32,000 bases of DNA, from contig CP042461.1 in NCBI GenBank assembly GCA_004563595.2, positions 960,001 through 992,000 on the forward strand, in the 5' to 3' direction. Positions 29,951-32,000 of this stretch are shown here, piece after piece. The notes beneath the pieces were generated by a model, which was not told the origin of the DNA, made no database searches, and saw nothing but the letters and a program-made list of their open reading frames with translations. Within the stretch, counting starts at the first letter, position 1. Every line of letters starts with the position of its first letter. A program made the position numbers and the translations under genes. The stretch comes from Candidatus Saccharimonadota bacterium. Its GTDB lineage: Bacteria; Patescibacteriota; Gracilibacteria; BD1-5; UBA6164.

Positions 29951-30246
29951 TACCATCTCGCTAATTCCTCTCCAGTCATGTGTGGGTTATCTTCTTGAAC
30001 GAAATGAAGTCCTTCTCAAATATCTACCATTGTAGTATTTGGAAAATTCTTCTCAATCCAAGAGGCTTCGCTTCTTTTCATAATCATTCATGGATCTGCA
30101 TAAAAACAAATCTTTGGGATTTGAGTTTCTTTTAACCAATTATGATAGTTTTCAACAACATCAAAGATTTCTTAATGTATCCTACTTCCCTTTACTTCTA
30201 AGTACTTTGACTCAAAAGGAAATTTTGATGAAATTTCTTTTGTCAT
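29938..30246 (-). pseudogene. Haloalkane dehalogenase-like alpha/beta hydrolase remnant: N-terminal 24 codons joined in frame, via a TAA, to the C-terminal 77 codons
   Basis: ATG 30246-30244. MTKEISSKFPFESKYLEVKGSRIH, then TAA at 30174-30172, then in the same frame EIFDVVENYHNWLKETQIPKICFYADPGMIMKRSEASWIEKNFPNTTMVDIGEGLHFVQEDNPHMTGEELARWYDSI, then TAA 29940-29938. The ends match dehalogenase termini (PF..KY.EV.G.R.HY ... PKL...A.PG.I.......PN...V.IG.G.HF.QED.P). About 190 central residues, including the nucleophile, are missing. Confidence 0.7.
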
Positions 30247-30257
30247 ATTGTAATTGA

Positions 30258-30845
30258 TTATTTTGTAAGCATACCGTGTAAAAATAAGTCTATATTCCCT
30301 TGTAACCACCTCTGTTTATATTCAGCATTTGTAATAATATTAAAACCCATTCCTTTTTTCAGCCAATCTGAGTGCAGAACTTGGTTTCCTAAACGATCTA
30401 TAATAAGCCCTGTTAACATTTCTGCATCGAGTTCTTCACGTACAAATCACTTTTTTTTAGATGCTGATATAAATGCAATAAATCAATCTGTATATTCGAG
30501 AAAAGCTTCAGGTATTACATGTTCTCTAGATACTACTATGTATGATGTCTTTTGTCGTATCAAAGCTTCCAAAGTTTCTTCAACAAAAAGTCAAAAACGA
30601 GAAACAAATTCTTGGTAAGTATCTGGTTCTTTCTTAATAATTCTTAAGGTATTGGTAAAGACTTCTGCTGAGAATTTCTCTAGTATACTTTCATATAAGC
30701 CTTGCTTGTTACCAAAATAATGATGAATCATATTTATTCCCGTATTAGCTTCTTTACATATTTCTCTAATCGAGGCTCCTTTAAATCACTTTTCTGAAAA
30801 GAGAAGAGAGCCTGATTCAATTAATCTTTCTTTTGGGTCTTTCAT
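30258..30845 (-). CDS. TetR/AcrR-family transcriptional regulator (195 aa)
   Basis: ATG 30845-30843, TAA 30260-30258. MKDPKERLIESGSLLFSEKGFKGASIREICKEANTGINMIHHYFGNKQGLYESIL is the canonical TetR HTH region. Confidence 0.85.
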
Positions 30846-30848
30846 ATT

Positions 30849-31358
30849 TTATGAGTTAATTTTTTTTAGTTTTCTTGGATGTGGTTTTCCTGTTTCTACA
30901 AAGTATTTTAACTCTTCTAGTATATCTCAAAACCCTTTTTTAAAACCAAGTATTAAAAGAGGGTATAAGACATAACCATGAGGCTTCAACTGAGGATTTG
31001 CTGTCCAAATGACTTCAGTTTGATCGTCTCCTACGCTTATCGCTGAGATGTCGAGAGTATTCTTCACTATGGGTAAGAGACCTGGTCCATTTTTCGGTAC
31101 AATCTCTACAGTCATTAAATGCTTATCTCAGTCATAAAATGTGATTTTTTCATTCGCCAATAATCCTTGAGCTCATTTACTCGTAAATTCACATATTCTT
31201 CCTACCATTGGAGATCAAGAAGCAGACTTCCCTTCTTGTATTTTATGAGATTTTGGAACTGGAGACATCCAATCTCCTGCTTTATCAAAATCGTCAGCTA
31301 ATACTTTCCATACATCACCTATTGGTGAATTAATAAGTACTTTTATTGATACTTTCAT
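30849..31358 (-). CDS. SRPBCC-superfamily protein (START/polyketide cyclase-like ligand-binding fold), 169 aa
   Basis: ATG 31358-31356, TAA 30851-30849. MKVSIKVLINSPIGDVWKVLADDFDKAGDWMSPV...GRICEF... is the typical SRPBCC opening (I.API..VW..L.DF.....W.P). It ends 3 nt before the TetR start, suggesting an operon. Confidence 0.7.
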
Positions 31359-31400
31359 AGTTTAAAAATGAGTTAATATTTATTATAACAACTTAAAAAA

Positions 31401-31439
31401 ATATAACAGTTGTTACAATTAGTATAACAACTGTTATAT
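31401..31439. promoter_or_regulatory. Palindromic operator upstream of the SRPBCC-tetR operon
   Basis: ATATAACAGTTGTTA (31401-31415) and TAACAACTGTTATAT (31425-31439) are perfect 15-bp arms. A third half-site TATAACAACT lies at 31383-31392. The operator sits 43 nt upstream of the SRPBCC ATG. Confidence 0.65.
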
Positions 31440-31566
31440 TTAAATCAAGTTTATTTTATAAATATTCATCTTTTGGGCATTCATTATTGTTTAAAAATTA
31501 TTTCATATATTATATTTGATTCATTTAAAATTCAAAAAATTTAGTGAGTATTTTCAAATAAAAAAT

Positions 31567-31600
31567 AAAAAGACCTACTTAATATTAAGTAGGTCTTTTT
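31567..31600. terminator. Strong bidirectional intrinsic terminator
   Basis: AAAAAGACCTACTTA (31567-31581) pairs with TAAGTAGGTCTTTTT (31586-31600). It lies downstream of the minus-strand gene that ends at 31723. Confidence 0.75.
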
Positions 31601-31722
31601 ATTAAATTAAATAATGGCAGGTCTGAAAAGTAAGTAATGAGGAACTTTTGGAGCTATTATATGAGGTAGGTAAATTATAATAATTTTTCTATTAGTTTTT
31701 ATATCAATCATTTTTATGCTTC

Positions 31723-32000
31723 CTAAACCAGAGCATTGACCAAACAAAATACATTTAATGCACCTAAAACAAATTCGGAAATTACCCCTTGAATTATCAA
31801 TTTGTTTGGTTTTCCATCTAAAACAATACTAAGTGATCTCCCAAATGCATATCCAAGAAAAAGCAAGATCGCAACAGCAAATGAAATAATAGTCATTTTT
31901 GGGATAAAAATACCCGATACAATAATAATTCCACCAAACATCATAACAGAACTCATTCCTCTAGCCTCACTTAATAGGTTTACTTCGTTTTCAAGTTTAA
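31723..32000 (-). CDS. Small hydrophobic membrane protein; the 5' end lies beyond the window
   Basis: TAG 31725-31723. The frame stays open to position 32000 (...KLENEVNLLSEARGMSSVMMFGGIIIVSGIFIPKMTIISFAVAILLFLGYAFGRSLSIVLDGKPNKLIIQGVISEFVLGALNVFCLVNALV). No family assigned with confidence. Confidence 0.45.
   Translation of the reverse strand, partial: KLENEVNLLSEARGMSSVMMFGGIIIVSGIFIPKMTIISFAVAILLFLGYAFGRSLSIVLDGKPNKLIIQGVISEFVLGALNVFCLVNALV

Noticed and set aside
1-32000. The fragmented ORF track could mean a heavily pseudogenised region full of premature stops.
   Set aside because: The interruptions are almost all TGA, and they fall on conserved glycine positions. Reading TGA as Gly restores full-length genes with complete motif sets and sensible boundaries. 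Only one locus (29938-30246) behaves like a real pseudogene.
1-32000. Genetic code 4 (TGA = Trp, as in Mycoplasma/Spiroplasma), given the low GC.
   Set aside because: TGA aligns with Gly, not Trp, in P-loops, ABC signatures, helicase motif VI and similar sites. Conserved Trp positions use TGG (IEWPE, ENWS, WPV).
1-32000. tRNA, rRNA or other classical RNA genes in the intergenic regions (e.g. 13448-13766, 17893-18005, 19251-19421, 31440-31722).
   Set aside because: I saw no cloverleaf-compatible sequences (no GTTCGAATC-type T-arms or CCA-proximal acceptor pairing) and no rRNA-like conserved blocks. The intervals are AT-rich promoter or terminator DNA. A covariance-model scan would be needed to be certain.

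Overview
The window is AT-rich bacterial DNA in which TGA is a sense codon for glycine, not a stop. This is translation table 25, as used by Absconditabacteria/SR1 and Gracilibacteria in the Candidate Phyla Radiation. The supplied six-frame track uses the standard code, so it cuts almost every real gene into pieces.

I retranslated by hand with only TAA and TAG as stops. This gives about 33 tightly packed genes, and each boundary was checked by frame arithmetic.

- Positions 1-13.4 kb are mostly core and envelope genes: an M23 peptidase, ymdB, a polyprenyl glycosylphosphotransferase, hicBA, tsaE, a STAS protein, a GT4 glycosyltransferase, a DUF559 nuclease, an N-terminally truncated mutS, a large membrane-anchored protein, and deaD with an RGG tail.
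- Positions 13.7-31.4 kb look accessory: Rrf2 plus GST, SulP, a pilin, rhlE, an FAD monooxygenase, an SSF transporter, an alpha/beta hydrolase plus TetR, an aldose epimerase, tesA-ybbA-ybbP, a foreign-looking ORF, and an SRPBCC-TetR-dehalogenase remnant operon.

The most interesting signals are:
1. A family of about 50-70 bp hairpin repeats in five copies. One inverted pair brackets the DUF559 nuclease gene and another brackets an empty spacer.
2. An intact-looking mutS reading frame that lacks the mismatch-binding half and sits directly upstream of that nuclease.
3. A steep gradient in TGA-glycine usage that separates native genes from recently acquired ones, including a possibly mosaic hydrolase.
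4. Long palindromic operators and rearrangement scars.

No rRNA, tRNA or CRISPR array was seen. All calls rest on hand translation and motif recognition, and no database search was possible.
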